A stretch of DNA of 64,000 nt from Candidatus Sulfomarinibacteraceae bacterium (GTDB taxonomy: Bacteria > Acidobacteriota > Thermoanaerobaculia > Thermoanaerobaculales > Sulfomarinibacteraceae), in assembly GCA_963796455.1 (NCBI GenBank), contig CAWCLO010000001.1, positions 160,001-224,000 on the forward strand, in the 5' to 3' direction. Both the position numbers and the translations under genes were made by a program. Shown here one piece after another: positions 41,607 through 51,367 of this stretch. The notes beneath the pieces are model-generated. The model was not told the DNA's origin. It was given only the letters and a program-made list of their open reading frames with translations, and did no database searches. Positions within the stretch are counted from its first letter, which is position 1. Every line of letters begins with the position of its first letter.

Positions 41607-42908
41607 TCAGGGAACGGTGCTCGACCAATCGGCTGTGTCGCCTGATTCGAAGCTGTCCAAGAAAATACTGCCCGCGGGCGCCGGGAAATATTGCGCCGTC
41701 AAACTCGCATAAACCGACGCCTCCCCCGTTCCATCCGTTTCCAGGAAATTTTCGGTCACGGCATAGAACGTATGGCTTCCAGGGCCCACGTTGTAGACCC
41801 GCGAGTGAGAAAACGGGCGAAGATTGAGATCGCCGTCGATCGCCTCCACAGCCACGTTCCCGTCGTTGACCAACCAATCCTGAACCTTGCTTGCGGCATG
41901 AATAATCAGATCCCCGGCAGATGACACGCTCATGCCGTCGTAGCTGAGCACCACCCGACCGACAAACGGCGCGACCAGGGTGACCTGGCCCATCGTCACC
42001 GGGGCTCCGCGGACGGTGATCGACGATTCATCGATCCCCTGATGGACCGGATAGGGCCTGCCGGGTGTGTCCGGGAAATACTCCACGGTCAAGCTTCCAT
42101 AAATCGACACGAAACCACTTCCATCAGTCTCGACAAAATTTTCAGCGACGGCATAGAAGTCGTACACTCCGGAAAGAACCTCGTAAACCCTGGTGTGCGA
42201 AAACGAGTTTTCGTTGACATCTGCATTGACAGCCTCCACCACCGTGGTGCCGTCATTCACCCCCCAGTCGGCGATATTGCTCGCCGCCAACACGACGGTA
42301 TCTCCAGGGCTGGAGAAACACGAACCATCAAAGCGAACGACCACCATGCCGGCCGCCGGAGGATTCAAGCTGATCTGGCCGACGGTCACTACGGCGCCAC
42401 GGACATTCAAATTATCCTCGACGATTCCCACATGTTGCACCGTCGCTCCACCCGCAGTGTTGGAATAGAACTTGACGGTCAAGTTGCCATAGATGGAGGC
42501 CACCCCACTGCCGTCTTTTTCCAGGAAGTTTTCGGCAACCGCATAGAAGGTGTGATTTCCGGCGGCCACGGGATAGGCCCGGGTGTGCGAAAAGGAGCTG
42601 TTGACCACATCACTGTTCGCGGCTTCAACTCCAACATTGCCGTCGTTTGTACTCCAATCGTCCGTGTCGCTCGCTGCCAATACGATCAGGTCCCCAACCT
42701 CCGATTCACAATCGCCGTCGAATCGAACAATCACGACACCAGCGGCGGGTATGTCCACGTTGACCTGGCCAAGCGCTACCGGAGCGCCTCTGAGATTGAC
42801 GGATGTTTGCGAAATGCCCTGGCTCCACACCAGGGTTTGCGCCTCACAAATCTGTGCCCCGCCGAACAAAAAGAAAACGAGACCGATCGACAACAAAGAT
42901 CTCTTCAT
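41607..42908 (-). CDS. Secreted protein with three tandem ~125-aa repeats and a C-terminal FESG tag
   Basis: Three copies of RGA.V..GQ...FDG/YDG...GD...AAS...W..NDG...FSH.R.Y...FYAV.ENF.E.DG.G..S.Y..LT; ends IFLDSFESGDTADWSSTVP. Confidence 0.8.
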   Translation of the reverse strand: MKRSLLSIGLVFFLFGGAQICEAQTLVWSQGISQTSVNLRGAPVALGQVNVDIPAAGVVIVRFDGDCESEVGDLIVLAASDTDDWSTNDGNVGVEAANSDVVNSSFSHTRAYPVAAGNHTFYAVAENFLEKDGSGVASIYGNLTVKFYSNTAGGATVQHVGIVEDNLNVRGAVVTVGQISLNPPAAGMVVVRFDGSCFSSPGDTVVLAASNIADWGVNDGTTVVEAVNADVNENSFSHTRVYEVLSGVYDFYAVAENFVETDGSGFVSIYGSLTVEYFPDTPGRPYPVHQGIDESSITVRGAPVTMGQVTLVAPFVGRVVLSYDGMSVSSAGDLIIHAASKVQDWLVNDGNVAVEAIDGDLNLRPFSHSRVYNVGPGSHTFYAVTENFLETDGTGEASVYASLTAQYFPAPAGSIFLDSFESGDTADWSSTVP

Positions 42909-43292
42909 CGTGGCTCTCCCCTGTTGAGTTGGTCCGTTTGATGCGCCTCCGATGAGCCGCCCAGGGACCCGGACTTTCCGAAAATGGAGTCTTTCAATGA
43001 ACAAAATAATCGTATCAACAAAATTTCATATTTCACCTTCTGTTCCTCAAATTGAGATCTCAGATGAGTCTCATTGCCGGTTCACATGAGACCGAATGAC
43101 AATCAGAGACACCAAAACCCGGGTCATCGGCGTCTCCGGCTCAAGGCGGACCGACGGACGAATGCACTCACACGATCCGGCACCTCAACAAACCCCTGTT
43201 CGAGAACTCCGACTCGAGGCATGCATTCTCTGCGGCAGCTGTTCAAGTACAATTCTGGAGGTACGAATCATCCAAAAACCGGGGGGTCCGAG

Positions 43293-44735
43293 ATGTTTCG
43301 ATCGAAACGAATCGATGCCGCTGTGTGTGCCATCGTCATGGTGGCCTGTATTCCCGCCTCCCCTGTCCTGGCCGGGCAGGACGGGGCGCTGCTGTTCGTG
43401 GTCGACGCATCGGGCTCGATGTGGGGCCAGATCGACGGCGAAAACAAGATCGTCATCGCACGAAAGGTCCTCGGAGATGTGGTCGACGGATTGGCCGACG
43501 GCACCTTGGTCGGAATGATCGCCTACGGCCACCGCCGGGAGGGCGACTGCGACGACATCGAAACCATTCTCGCCATGGGCCCGCTGAATCGAGGCCTCAT
43601 CAAGCAAACCGTCGGCGATCTCAATCCGAAGGGGAAGACGCCGATCACGAAGTCACTGCAGCAGGCGTTTGATTCCCTTTCGGAATCCGGCCGCGCGGCG
43701 ACCGTGATCCTGATCAGCGACGGTCTCGAGACCTGCGGCGGAGACCCCTGCGCCGCGGTTCGCGCCGTCCGGGAGCGCGGCGTCGAGTTCATCCTCCATG
43801 TGGTCGGGTTTGATGTGGCCGGCGAAGATGTGTCGCAGCTCGAGTGTGCGGCCCAGGCCGGTGGCGGTCTGTTCTTCTCGGCAGAGAACGCACAGGACCT
43901 GGCGGCCGCTCTCGAACATGCGGTCGCCACCCCGGCAGAGGTGCCGGCGGGCCGATTGTCGGTCAAGGTCATCGCCGACGGTGCGCTGCAGGACGCCGCG
44001 ATTCTGGTCAGGGCTGCAGCCTCGGGGGAGGACATGGGAGGCGGCCGCAGCTACGCCCACGAGGGGACCAACCCGCGGCTGATTCCCCTGCCCGACGGGA
44101 AGTACGAGGTCAAGGTCCAGGCGGTCGGTATCAAGGGTGACATCATCCGGCGCTTCGTTGTGGACATCATGGATGGCGGTCTGGTCGAGAAGGAGGTCGA
44201 CTATTCGACCGGTGAGCTGTCGATCGGGGTCACCCGCAACTCCGAACTTTCCGACGCGATTTATCGGGTCCTTGTTCCCGAAACCGGCGAGGAGGCCGCC
44301 GCCGGTCGGACCTACGCCGCCGCTGGGTCGAACCCGAAAAAGGTTCACCTGACCTCGGGCACCTACCAGGTGGTGCTGAGATCCGTGGAAATCTCGGGCG
44401 ATGTGAGGCAGGATCTTGGGCTGGTTGATGTCGAGCCCGGCGAACTGACGGAAATCGCCTTCGATTTTCGAACCGGGACCCTCAAGGTGGGGGCCGTTCG
44501 TGGCGCTGAACTGGTGGACGCCACCATGTACATCCGCGATGTCGCGACCGGGAGGAGCGTCGGCCAGGGACGCACCTCCACCGATCCGAAATCGAACCCG
44601 AAGACTTTCATCCTGCCCGCGGGTGACTACCGTCTGGATATCCGTGAGATCAAGGGAGCACGGCGAGAGGTCGTCGTTTCAGTCGTCGTCGGTGAAGAAA
44701 CGGTCCACATGATCGATATGACCGGAGGCGGCTGA
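43293..44735 (+). CDS. Secreted VWA domain protein with three C-terminal beta-rich repeats
   Basis: MIDAS DASGSM, GKTPI, SDGLETCGGDPC; three GR(S/T)...NP...L..G.Y repeats. Confidence 0.88.
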   Translation: MFRSKRIDAAVCAIVMVACIPASPVLAGQDGALLFVVDASGSMWGQIDGENKIVIARKVLGDVVDGLADGTLVGMIAYGHRREGDCDDIETILAMGPLNRGLIKQTVGDLNPKGKTPITKSLQQAFDSLSESGRAATVILISDGLETCGGDPCAAVRAVRERGVEFILHVVGFDVAGEDVSQLECAAQAGGGLFFSAENAQDLAAALEHAVATPAEVPAGRLSVKVIADGALQDAAILVRAAASGEDMGGGRSYAHEGTNPRLIPLPDGKYEVKVQAVGIKGDIIRRFVVDIMDGGLVEKEVDYSTGELSIGVTRNSELSDAIYRVLVPETGEEAAAGRTYAAAGSNPKKVHLTSGTYQVVLRSVEISGDVRQDLGLVDVEPGELTEIAFDFRTGTLKVGAVRGAELVDATMYIRDVATGRSVGQGRTSTDPKSNPKTFILPAGDYRLDIREIKGARREVVVSVVVGEETVHMIDMTGGG

Positions 44736-45440
44736 TCACTTCACCGGGAAGTCGAAATAGGTCTCCGGGAAGGGCTCACCGGCAAGGGTGAAGTGCCACC
44801 ACTCGTATTCGTAGGGCTTGAAGCCGTACCTCTGCATGATGCTCGCAAGGAGGAGTCGATTGGCGCGGACCGCCGAGGGCTGGGCGTCATCGGTCGGCCA
44901 CGACCGTGTCGAGAAAAAATCGAAAGCGGTCCCCATCGGCACATCTGATTCGTAGGGCAGATAAACGAGAGTGAGGTCAACGGTCGAACCACGCGAGTGG
45001 CCGGAGCGCGCGGCGATATATCCCTTGGCAAAGAGTTCCGACTTGTCGATCTCCGGATAGAACTCAACCTTCATTTTCGTGTCGGCCTCGTCTTTCGCCC
45101 AACGGACAAAATCGGCGACTGCGCGTGCCGGCCGGTAGCAGTCGAACACCTTGAGACCCAGGCCGTAGTCTGCAAGTTTCGCCTGCACCTCGGCGAGCGC
45201 ATCGGCCGCCTGCAGGGTCAGGATGCAGACGGGTGCCTCGTAACCATCGATCGGCCGGCCGATGAAATTGGAGGAACCTGCATAGCGCATATCGACAACG
45301 AGCCCGTCGACCACGCTGGAAGCGTCGACGAATTCCGGAGGCATTGCATCCCCGGCGCAAGCCACGCCCACGGTCCCCGCTGCGACCAGGAGAATTGACG
45401 CGATCAAGGCTCGAAGCGGCGCACGTAAAAAAGACTCCAC
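44736..45440 (-). CDS. ddpX: D-Ala-D-Ala dipeptidase (M15D, VanX/DdpX family)
   Basis: FDCYRP, SGHSRGSTVD, MGTAFDFF, EWWHF; start uncertain. Confidence 0.9.
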   Translation of the reverse strand: MESFLRAPLRALIASILLVAAGTVGVACAGDAMPPEFVDASSVVDGLVVDMRYAGSSNFIGRPIDGYEAPVCILTLQAADALAEVQAKLADYGLGLKVFDCYRPARAVADFVRWAKDEADTKMKVEFYPEIDKSELFAKGYIAARSGHSRGSTVDLTLVYLPYESDVPMGTAFDFFSTRSWPTDDAQPSAVRANRLLLASIMQRYGFKPYEYEWWHFTLAGEPFPETYFDFPVK

Positions 45441-45522
45441 AATCCCCACCTTCGCCGCGAGCGTAACACGGGGGTTGGAGGCGGTAGCCGGACAGCCCGC
45501 CAGAGGCGTACAATTCCCGATC

Positions 45523-46764
45523 ATGAACCATGACACCTCCCTCCTGTCCCAACGAGCACGGCGCATGTTGGCCGGCGGAGCGATCCCCGAATACCTGCAG
45601 CGGCACTACGAAGGTCTGGGCGACCCCTTCGACCCGAACGAAAACCGCAACGGATACATCGGCCTTTGCGAGGCCGAGAACCGGCTGGTGGCAGAGATGG
45701 TGGCCGATCGCCTCGACCTCGTCCCGAGGGCGCCATCCCCCGTGCTCTTCTATGACGACATGACCGGCTCGCGCACGTTCCGCGAGCAGCTCGCGAGCTT
45801 CATGGGCCGGACTTTTCTCGGCCGCGAGTTCGAACCCGAACAGATCTCCGTGCTCGCCGGCGCCGGCAGCGTGCTCGAAATCCTCTTCTATGCACTGGGA
45901 GATCCGGGCGACGGCGTTCTCGTCCCGACCCCGAGCTATTCCGGATTCTGGTTGGACCTCGCGTTGCGCGACGGGCTGATACTCGTCCCGGTTCACCGCC
46001 GCATCGATGAGGACTACCGGCTGACGCCCGAGATGCTCGACCGCGCCGTCGCCGACGCCGGACGACCGATCAAGGCGCTGCTCTTCACCTCGCCCGACAA
46101 CCCACTCGGCACGGTCGCATCGAGTGAAGAAATCGAACAGGTGCTGGCGTGGGCCGGGGAGCGCGATCTGCACGTGGTCTTCGACGAGATCTACGCCCTT
46201 TCAGTCTTCGGCGAGCGAGCATTCACCAGTTGTGCCGAGGTGCTCCCGTCGCTCGGTGACCGGGTCCACATCGTCTGGGCCTTCTCAAAGGATTTCGGAG
46301 CCTCGGGGCTGCGCTGCGGTGTGCTTGTGAGCGAGAATCAAGCCGTCAACGCCGCTGTCGACGCCCTCGCCTACTGGGCGTGTTGCTCCGGCCACACCCA
46401 GCACCTGCTTGGCGAAATGATCTCTGACGAGACCTGGGTCAACTCGTACGTCGTTTCCATGAGGCAGCTTTTGCGCGGAGCCTATGCCCGCCTCGCGGCA
46501 GCCTTGGATGCCGGTGGAATCTGCTACCAACCGGCCGAGGCAGGCGTTTTCGTCCTGCTCGATCTCCGATCGTTTCTGGCGGAGCCGACCTGGGAGGCCG
46601 AACACACGCTGTGGCTCCGGATTCTCGAGCAGGCCAGGGTCAACCTCACACCCGGCGCGGCCTGCCATATCGGCGAGCCGGGGTTCTTCAGGCTCTGTTA
46701 TGCCGCCCAGCCCACCGACACCATGGAGGTCGCCGTCCATCGGATCGTGCAGTTGCTCTGCTGA
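45523..46764 (+). CDS. PLP-dependent class I/II aminotransferase, ACC-synthase-like subfamily
   Basis: DPFDP..N.NGYI.L..AEN, VPTPSY.GF, SPDNPLG, DEIYALSVF, HIVWAFSKDFG..GLR.G, EPGFFRLCYA. Confidence 0.85.
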   Translation: MNHDTSLLSQRARRMLAGGAIPEYLQRHYEGLGDPFDPNENRNGYIGLCEAENRLVAEMVADRLDLVPRAPSPVLFYDDMTGSRTFREQLASFMGRTFLGREFEPEQISVLAGAGSVLEILFYALGDPGDGVLVPTPSYSGFWLDLALRDGLILVPVHRRIDEDYRLTPEMLDRAVADAGRPIKALLFTSPDNPLGTVASSEEIEQVLAWAGERDLHVVFDEIYALSVFGERAFTSCAEVLPSLGDRVHIVWAFSKDFGASGLRCGVLVSENQAVNAAVDALAYWACCSGHTQHLLGEMISDETWVNSYVVSMRQLLRGAYARLAAALDAGGICYQPAEAGVFVLLDLRSFLAEPTWEAEHTLWLRILEQARVNLTPGAACHIGEPGFFRLCYAAQPTDTMEVAVHRIVQLLC

Positions 46765-46800
46765 GGCGCCACGGTATTTAATAGAACTCATTCTTTTCCA

Positions 46801-47620
46801 AGACAGCGATTCGGAAACCGCTCAGGGACTGCGACAGGAACCGGCGGACAGCGTCAGCGAACAGTGGTCAGCGGCAGACGATCAGCGATCAGCAGCAGGG
46901 GCAGACAGGGAACAGCATTCACTTCTTCGGGTTCAAGAGCCGCCACGTCATCGCACGGACCTGATCGAAGGCGTTCATCGCTTCACCGGCTCCGTTCGGG
47001 CTGATCGCCCCGGCGTGGGCGAGGAGTTGCAAGTGGCTGTCGACCTCTTTCGCCGAGGCGTAGGCGATTCTCCAGTGGTTCAACCGGTCTCTACCGACTC
47101 GGCCGTGCCCTTCTGCCAGGTTCGCAGGGACTGAACTTGCCGACCGGATCACCTGATCGGCTATCGACTTCAGCGGAGCTGGAACCCTCATCACGAGCTT
47201 GATCGCGATACCTGCTGCTTCGAGGGCTTTCGAGTGGGCAACGAGGTTGGTGTTTGTGGCGGCGTTGGACATGGTCACCTCCGGGTCGTTCATGCCCTTA
47301 CCCACAAGCCGGTGTGGTGGCCGATGTCAAGGATGCCCTGCACCCTGCCTGTCCTTGACATCGGCCGCCCACCGGCTACCCCTTCTGTTGAACGACCCGG
47401 AGGTGGCCACTTCGTCGCCTGTACTCCTGACCGCTGCCGCTGAACACCGACCGCTGCCCCTGTTCGCTGTTACCTGTCGCTGACGCTGACGCTGGACACT
47501 GTCGCTGCCGCTGCAATTCGGGCACGGACGCGGACAGCACGAACCGGATGCCCAAAAACCCCAACCGTTATCCTCGTGTCATCAGGCGGCAACTTCTCTG
47601 GACGATCTGTTTTGGACGGC
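46801..47620. mobile_element. Complete four-helix-bundle element (copy F): inverted CAGCG-rich arms, gene, leader hairpin and conserved right end
   Basis: AGACAGCGAT...arm 46801-46916; gene 46919-47272; hairpin 47272-47409; arm 47426-47515; right end ...CCAAAAAC...GTTTTGGACGGC. Mobility is inferred from the related copies. Confidence 0.7.
46919..47272 (-). CDS. Four helix bundle protein (23S rRNA IVP / bAvd-like family)
   Basis: DQVIRSASSVPANLAEGHGR and IAYASAKEV motifs; 117 aa; GGAGGTG RBS. Confidence 0.9.
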   Translation of the reverse strand: MSNAATNTNLVAHSKALEAAGIAIKLVMRVPAPLKSIADQVIRSASSVPANLAEGHGRVGRDRLNHWRIAYASAKEVDSHLQLLAHAGAISPNGAGEAMNAFDQVRAMTWRLLNPKK

Positions 47621-47652
47621 AGTGCACAGAACCCTTGAACCACAGATGTGGC

Positions 47653-48555
47653 TCAGAGAAAAAGAAGCGCGCTGCCGCAGACCGCGACCGCGGCCCCGAT
47701 CGCAGCCGGCCACGCCACATGCTCGCGGTAGAAGATCACGGACACCGGGATGATCAGGACCGGCGTGAGCGCCATCAGCGTGGCGGCGACTCCCGCTTCG
47801 GTGTACTGCACCGCGAGCAACGAAAGCGACACGCCGATAAAGGGTCCGAAGAAGGCGCCGATGCCGGTACTGGTCATCGCCTGCCGGTCACCGAGCGCGG
47901 CACGGACCCGCGGCCAGCGGCCGGTCGCGGTGAAGACGACCGCGAATCCGACCATCCCCGCCAGCACCCGGATCTGGGTGGAGGCGAAGGCGTTGTAGGA
48001 GCCCATGCCGTATTTGGCCAAAACGAGCCCGAGTGCCTGGCCGACCGCACCGGCAAGCGCGAGGAGGACCCCGGTTGGCGGCAGACGCTCGACCCGGCCG
48101 GTGGCGTCGCGACGTCTTTCCAAAACCACCGATGACACCCCGAGGATGGTCAGCGCCATCCCGGCCAATTGCATCGGCGTCAGCACTTCGTGCATCACGA
48201 GGAAGCTGAAGATCGTTGTGAAGAGCGGAACCAGGGTCATCATCAGCATGGAAATCCGCGCACCCACCAGGACAAAGGCCCGAAACAGACACAGGTCTCC
48301 GATCGTGAATCCCGCCAAGCCCGAAAGCGCCAGCCACACCCAGACGTGACGGGACGCATCCGTGGGTAGCGGTGTGCCGCGGGTGGCCCAGGTGAACGCA
48401 CCCAGCAGAAACACCGCCATCACCAGACGAATCAGGTTGACCGGCAGCGAACCGACACGACGCCCGGCGGTCTGGAAGGCGAGAGCGCTGACCGTCCAAC
48501 AGAAGGCAGTCGCCAGCGCTGCCAACTCGCCTGCGTGAGAAAAGGGTGCCTCCAT
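47653..48555 (-). CDS. DMT/EamA family transporter
   Basis: About 10 TM segments in two repeats; GELAALATAFCW, SGLAGFTIGD. Confidence 0.9.
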   Translation of the reverse strand: MEAPFSHAGELAALATAFCWTVSALAFQTAGRRVGSLPVNLIRLVMAVFLLGAFTWATRGTPLPTDASRHVWVWLALSGLAGFTIGDLCLFRAFVLVGARISMLMMTLVPLFTTIFSFLVMHEVLTPMQLAGMALTILGVSSVVLERRRDATGRVERLPPTGVLLALAGAVGQALGLVLAKYGMGSYNAFASTQIRVLAGMVGFAVVFTATGRWPRVRAALGDRQAMTSTGIGAFFGPFIGVSLSLLAVQYTEAGVAATLMALTPVLIIPVSVIFYREHVAWPAAIGAAVAVCGSALLFL

Positions 48556-48650
48556 CGCCGGATGATTCTAACCGGGTCGTGCAGGCGAGACGCCTGCACC
48601 ACAAGACCTACGGTGAGGTTCTCACAGGCCCGAGCGAAGGAGCGCTCGGA

Positions 48651-49916
48651 TCAAACACACGGCCGGTCGATGGACGGGCTCGGCTGGCTGAAGTAGTGGG
48701 GGCCGTCGTCGGCCATGTAGAAACAATCCTCGAGCCGTACGCCGAATTCTCCCGGCAACACGAAGGCAGGCTCGTTGCTGAAACACATCCCGGCCTCGAG
48801 AGGGCGAGTATTGCCTTTGACCAGGTGAATGCACTCGTGTCCGTCGAGGCCGATGCCATGTCCGGTCCGGTGCGGAAGACCCGGCAGTTCATAGCCGGGT
48901 CCGAAGCCCTTCGCCTCGTAGAAGGCGCGCGCCGCAGCGTCCACCTGCTCGCAAGGCACACCGAGGGCAATCGCGTCCCAGACAGCGGCCTGCGCGCCGG
49001 CAGCCAAGAGCCAGGCCTCCAGTTGTTGCTGTGTGGGTTCGCCGACAACCACTGTTCGACTGATGTCCGACTTGTAACCCTCGACGCGACAGCCGCCGTC
49101 CATGAGCACCACGTCGCCTTCCTCGATCGGCCGCCGGCTGCTGCCGTGGGGCCTTGATGATGCCGGTCCGATCTGGGCGTTGATGCTGCCCGAGGCCCCA
49201 AGCGCTTTGTGGGCCTGACGGCTGAGGTCGCTGAATTCGTCGGAAGTCATCCCCGGTTCCAGCATGGGAATCACCGTTCGGTAGACCTCGATGGTGATAT
49301 CGGACGCCATCTGCATCAGGGCGATTTCGGTTTTCGACTTGATGAGTCGGCATTCCACCGTCACGGAATCCGCACTCACGTACTCGAGGTGAGGGGCTTC
49401 GGAACGGATGCCGTCGAAAAGAAAGAAACGAACCCGTTCCTCCATCCCGATTCGACCGCTCTTGATTCCGAGATCGGCAAACAGATCCGCCACGACACCA
49501 CAGGGATTTTCGTGCTCCTCCCAGCTTCGAACGTCGGAGCCGAAGCGGATCTTGTCGAGTGACTCCTCCTCTTCGAACTTGGGTAGGATGTAGACGGGTT
49601 CTCCTTCGGCCGGCAGCACGGCGGCAAACATCCGCTCGCTCGGCCACATTCTGACATCAGTGAAATACTCGAGGCTCGTGCCCACGTCGAGATAGACGGC
49701 ATCCATGGCGTTGGCGGCCATCAATCGCTGGGCCTTTTCGATCCTCCCCCATCGCTCTTCGTCGGAGATCGGAACCACATCGTCGGTCATGGGCACGAGG
49801 CCATCAATTACTCCGGCCGCTGGAGCCGGCGGCTTCGCACAACCCGTACCGGCGACGCCCGCCCCGATCGCCGCACCCATCGATGTTTTGAGAAAATCCC
49901 TCCGACCAATGACCAT
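48651..49916 (-). CDS. Xaa-Pro peptidase (M24B), Tat-exported
   Basis: RRDFLK signal; RLIKS..EI, YKSDISRT, HRTGHGIG, SNEP, GVRLED. Confidence 0.92.
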   Translation of the reverse strand: MVIGRRDFLKTSMGAAIGAGVAGTGCAKPPAPAAGVIDGLVPMTDDVVPISDEERWGRIEKAQRLMAANAMDAVYLDVGTSLEYFTDVRMWPSERMFAAVLPAEGEPVYILPKFEEEESLDKIRFGSDVRSWEEHENPCGVVADLFADLGIKSGRIGMEERVRFFLFDGIRSEAPHLEYVSADSVTVECRLIKSKTEIALMQMASDITIEVYRTVIPMLEPGMTSDEFSDLSRQAHKALGASGSINAQIGPASSRPHGSSRRPIEEGDVVLMDGGCRVEGYKSDISRTVVVGEPTQQQLEAWLLAAGAQAAVWDAIALGVPCEQVDAAARAFYEAKGFGPGYELPGLPHRTGHGIGLDGHECIHLVKGNTRPLEAGMCFSNEPAFVLPGEFGVRLEDCFYMADDGPHYFSQPSPSIDRPCV

Positions 49917-50079
49917 TGACTGCCTCCCCATCCTCGACCTGAGTCATTGTAAGACAGACGCGCTCATTGCAAGCTTCAGGGCAGCGGATGGGATCGGAGA
50001 CAATCCCATTGATGAGCAGATGTCATCCCAGCATCAATTGACCAGGTATCTGGGGAAGCCAGTCGGTGGGCGATCCAGG

Positions 50080-51051
50080 CTAAGGTTCGGCCACCAGAAA
50101 CGGCACATCGCTCAACGGACGGACCGAACTCAGGACAAGACCTCCGTCTCGACCGCCCCACCGGACGATATCTTGTGCACTGAAGGGCAACTCCGTGGCG
50201 AAGGCGCCGTTGATGATCTCGATCGTCTCGTTGATCGAATCAAAATCGGTGACCGGAAGACCTTGCCCATTCGTCAGCATATTGTCCGCATGCGCCGCGA
50301 TTTCTTTCAATTTTCGCGACATTGGTTCCCCTGACATCTCGGTCATGTTCGGACCGGCAGATCGTATGGGGTCCAGTTTTTCCAAATAGCATCGACAGTT
50401 GAGTTCGGCTGTCATGAAACATATCCCGGGGCATGCGGCTTCACATTTCACACAGTTTGGATAGATGGGGAATTTATTGGCCTTGAAGTCTTGCGCAAGA
50501 GACAGATCGCCAAAACGCATACCCGGGTCATTCACAGTGATTCCATTGCCACAGATGATGATATTGACCTTCAATGCAACGAGGTTTCTCTGCAGTCGAT
50601 CGATGTGTTCTGTGGGCTGCGGGCTCATCTGTCGACCTGACGCCCGGCTGCCTTCCACATATGCGCCACGCCCGTCCGACTTGTGGTTGAGGAAGTCAAA
50701 GACCTCTCGCTGATTGCTCAGTACGATGGGTGGTCTTCTTGTACCGTCGGCATTCGGCGTGGCGGGAACTCCGACAACAAGGGTCGGCACACGTTTGAAG
50801 ACCTCTTCGAGAACGTTGGCGGTGTTTGGCATGGCTGCCGGCGCACCTCGACCCGCCGGCTGCGCGGGCTCCCGCTGATCGGCCTGGGCGAGTTGGGTTG
50901 CGGTGAAGGTCCTGTAAAAAAGCTCACTCGCAGGGGCGATCGCAGAAACAGGGCGCTGCTGCTGCCCCCGACCCTGTTGTTGTGCATCTACGAAACCGGA
51001 GTAGATCGTCACCAAGAGACACACGGATACCAGCGCCAGTTTCTTTTTCAC
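50080..51051 (-). CDS. Hypothetical secreted protein with a Cys cluster
   Basis: Signal peptide; CVKCEAACPGIC...CRC; no family recognised. Confidence 0.6.
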   Translation of the reverse strand: MKKKLALVSVCLLVTIYSGFVDAQQQGRGQQQRPVSAIAPASELFYRTFTATQLAQADQREPAQPAGRGAPAAMPNTANVLEEVFKRVPTLVVGVPATPNADGTRRPPIVLSNQREVFDFLNHKSDGRGAYVEGSRASGRQMSPQPTEHIDRLQRNLVALKVNIIICGNGITVNDPGMRFGDLSLAQDFKANKFPIYPNCVKCEAACPGICFMTAELNCRCYLEKLDPIRSAGPNMTEMSGEPMSRKLKEIAAHADNMLTNGQGLPVTDFDSINETIEIINGAFATELPFSAQDIVRWGGRDGGLVLSSVRPLSDVPFLVAEP

Positions 51052-51367
51052 GATCTTTCAACCTTTCAACGACGCAGCATGAAGTCCATTCGGAACCCTT
51101 CGGGCTTTCCAAGACACACGACACGAGCCACCAGGATCGATCGACAGGTTTTTGAACAGAATTAACTTCGATGATGATACTACATCTCAAGGTGTGTTCC
51201 ATGGATCACTTGACGACTTTGCATCACCAAATGTCACAACTTGATAAGTGCACCTCTGTTTGAGACCAGCGGTTTGCGTAGCCTCGAAAACTCGAGCATT
51301 AAACTGGAAATCGTTCCTCCGACCAATGGACCGTTGTACGGATCCGGAGAAATCGGATAATCGATAT

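Noticed and set aside
44736..45440. Vancomycin resistance cluster
   Set aside because: Lone VanX/DdpX-type gene without vanH, vanA or vanRS
46919..47272. Diversity-generating retroelement suggested by the Avd-like protein
   Set aside because: No reverse transcriptase and no TR/VR pair differing at adenines is visible in the window
46801..47620. 23S rRNA intervening sequence
   Set aside because: The flanks are protein-coding genes and no rRNA sequence is present
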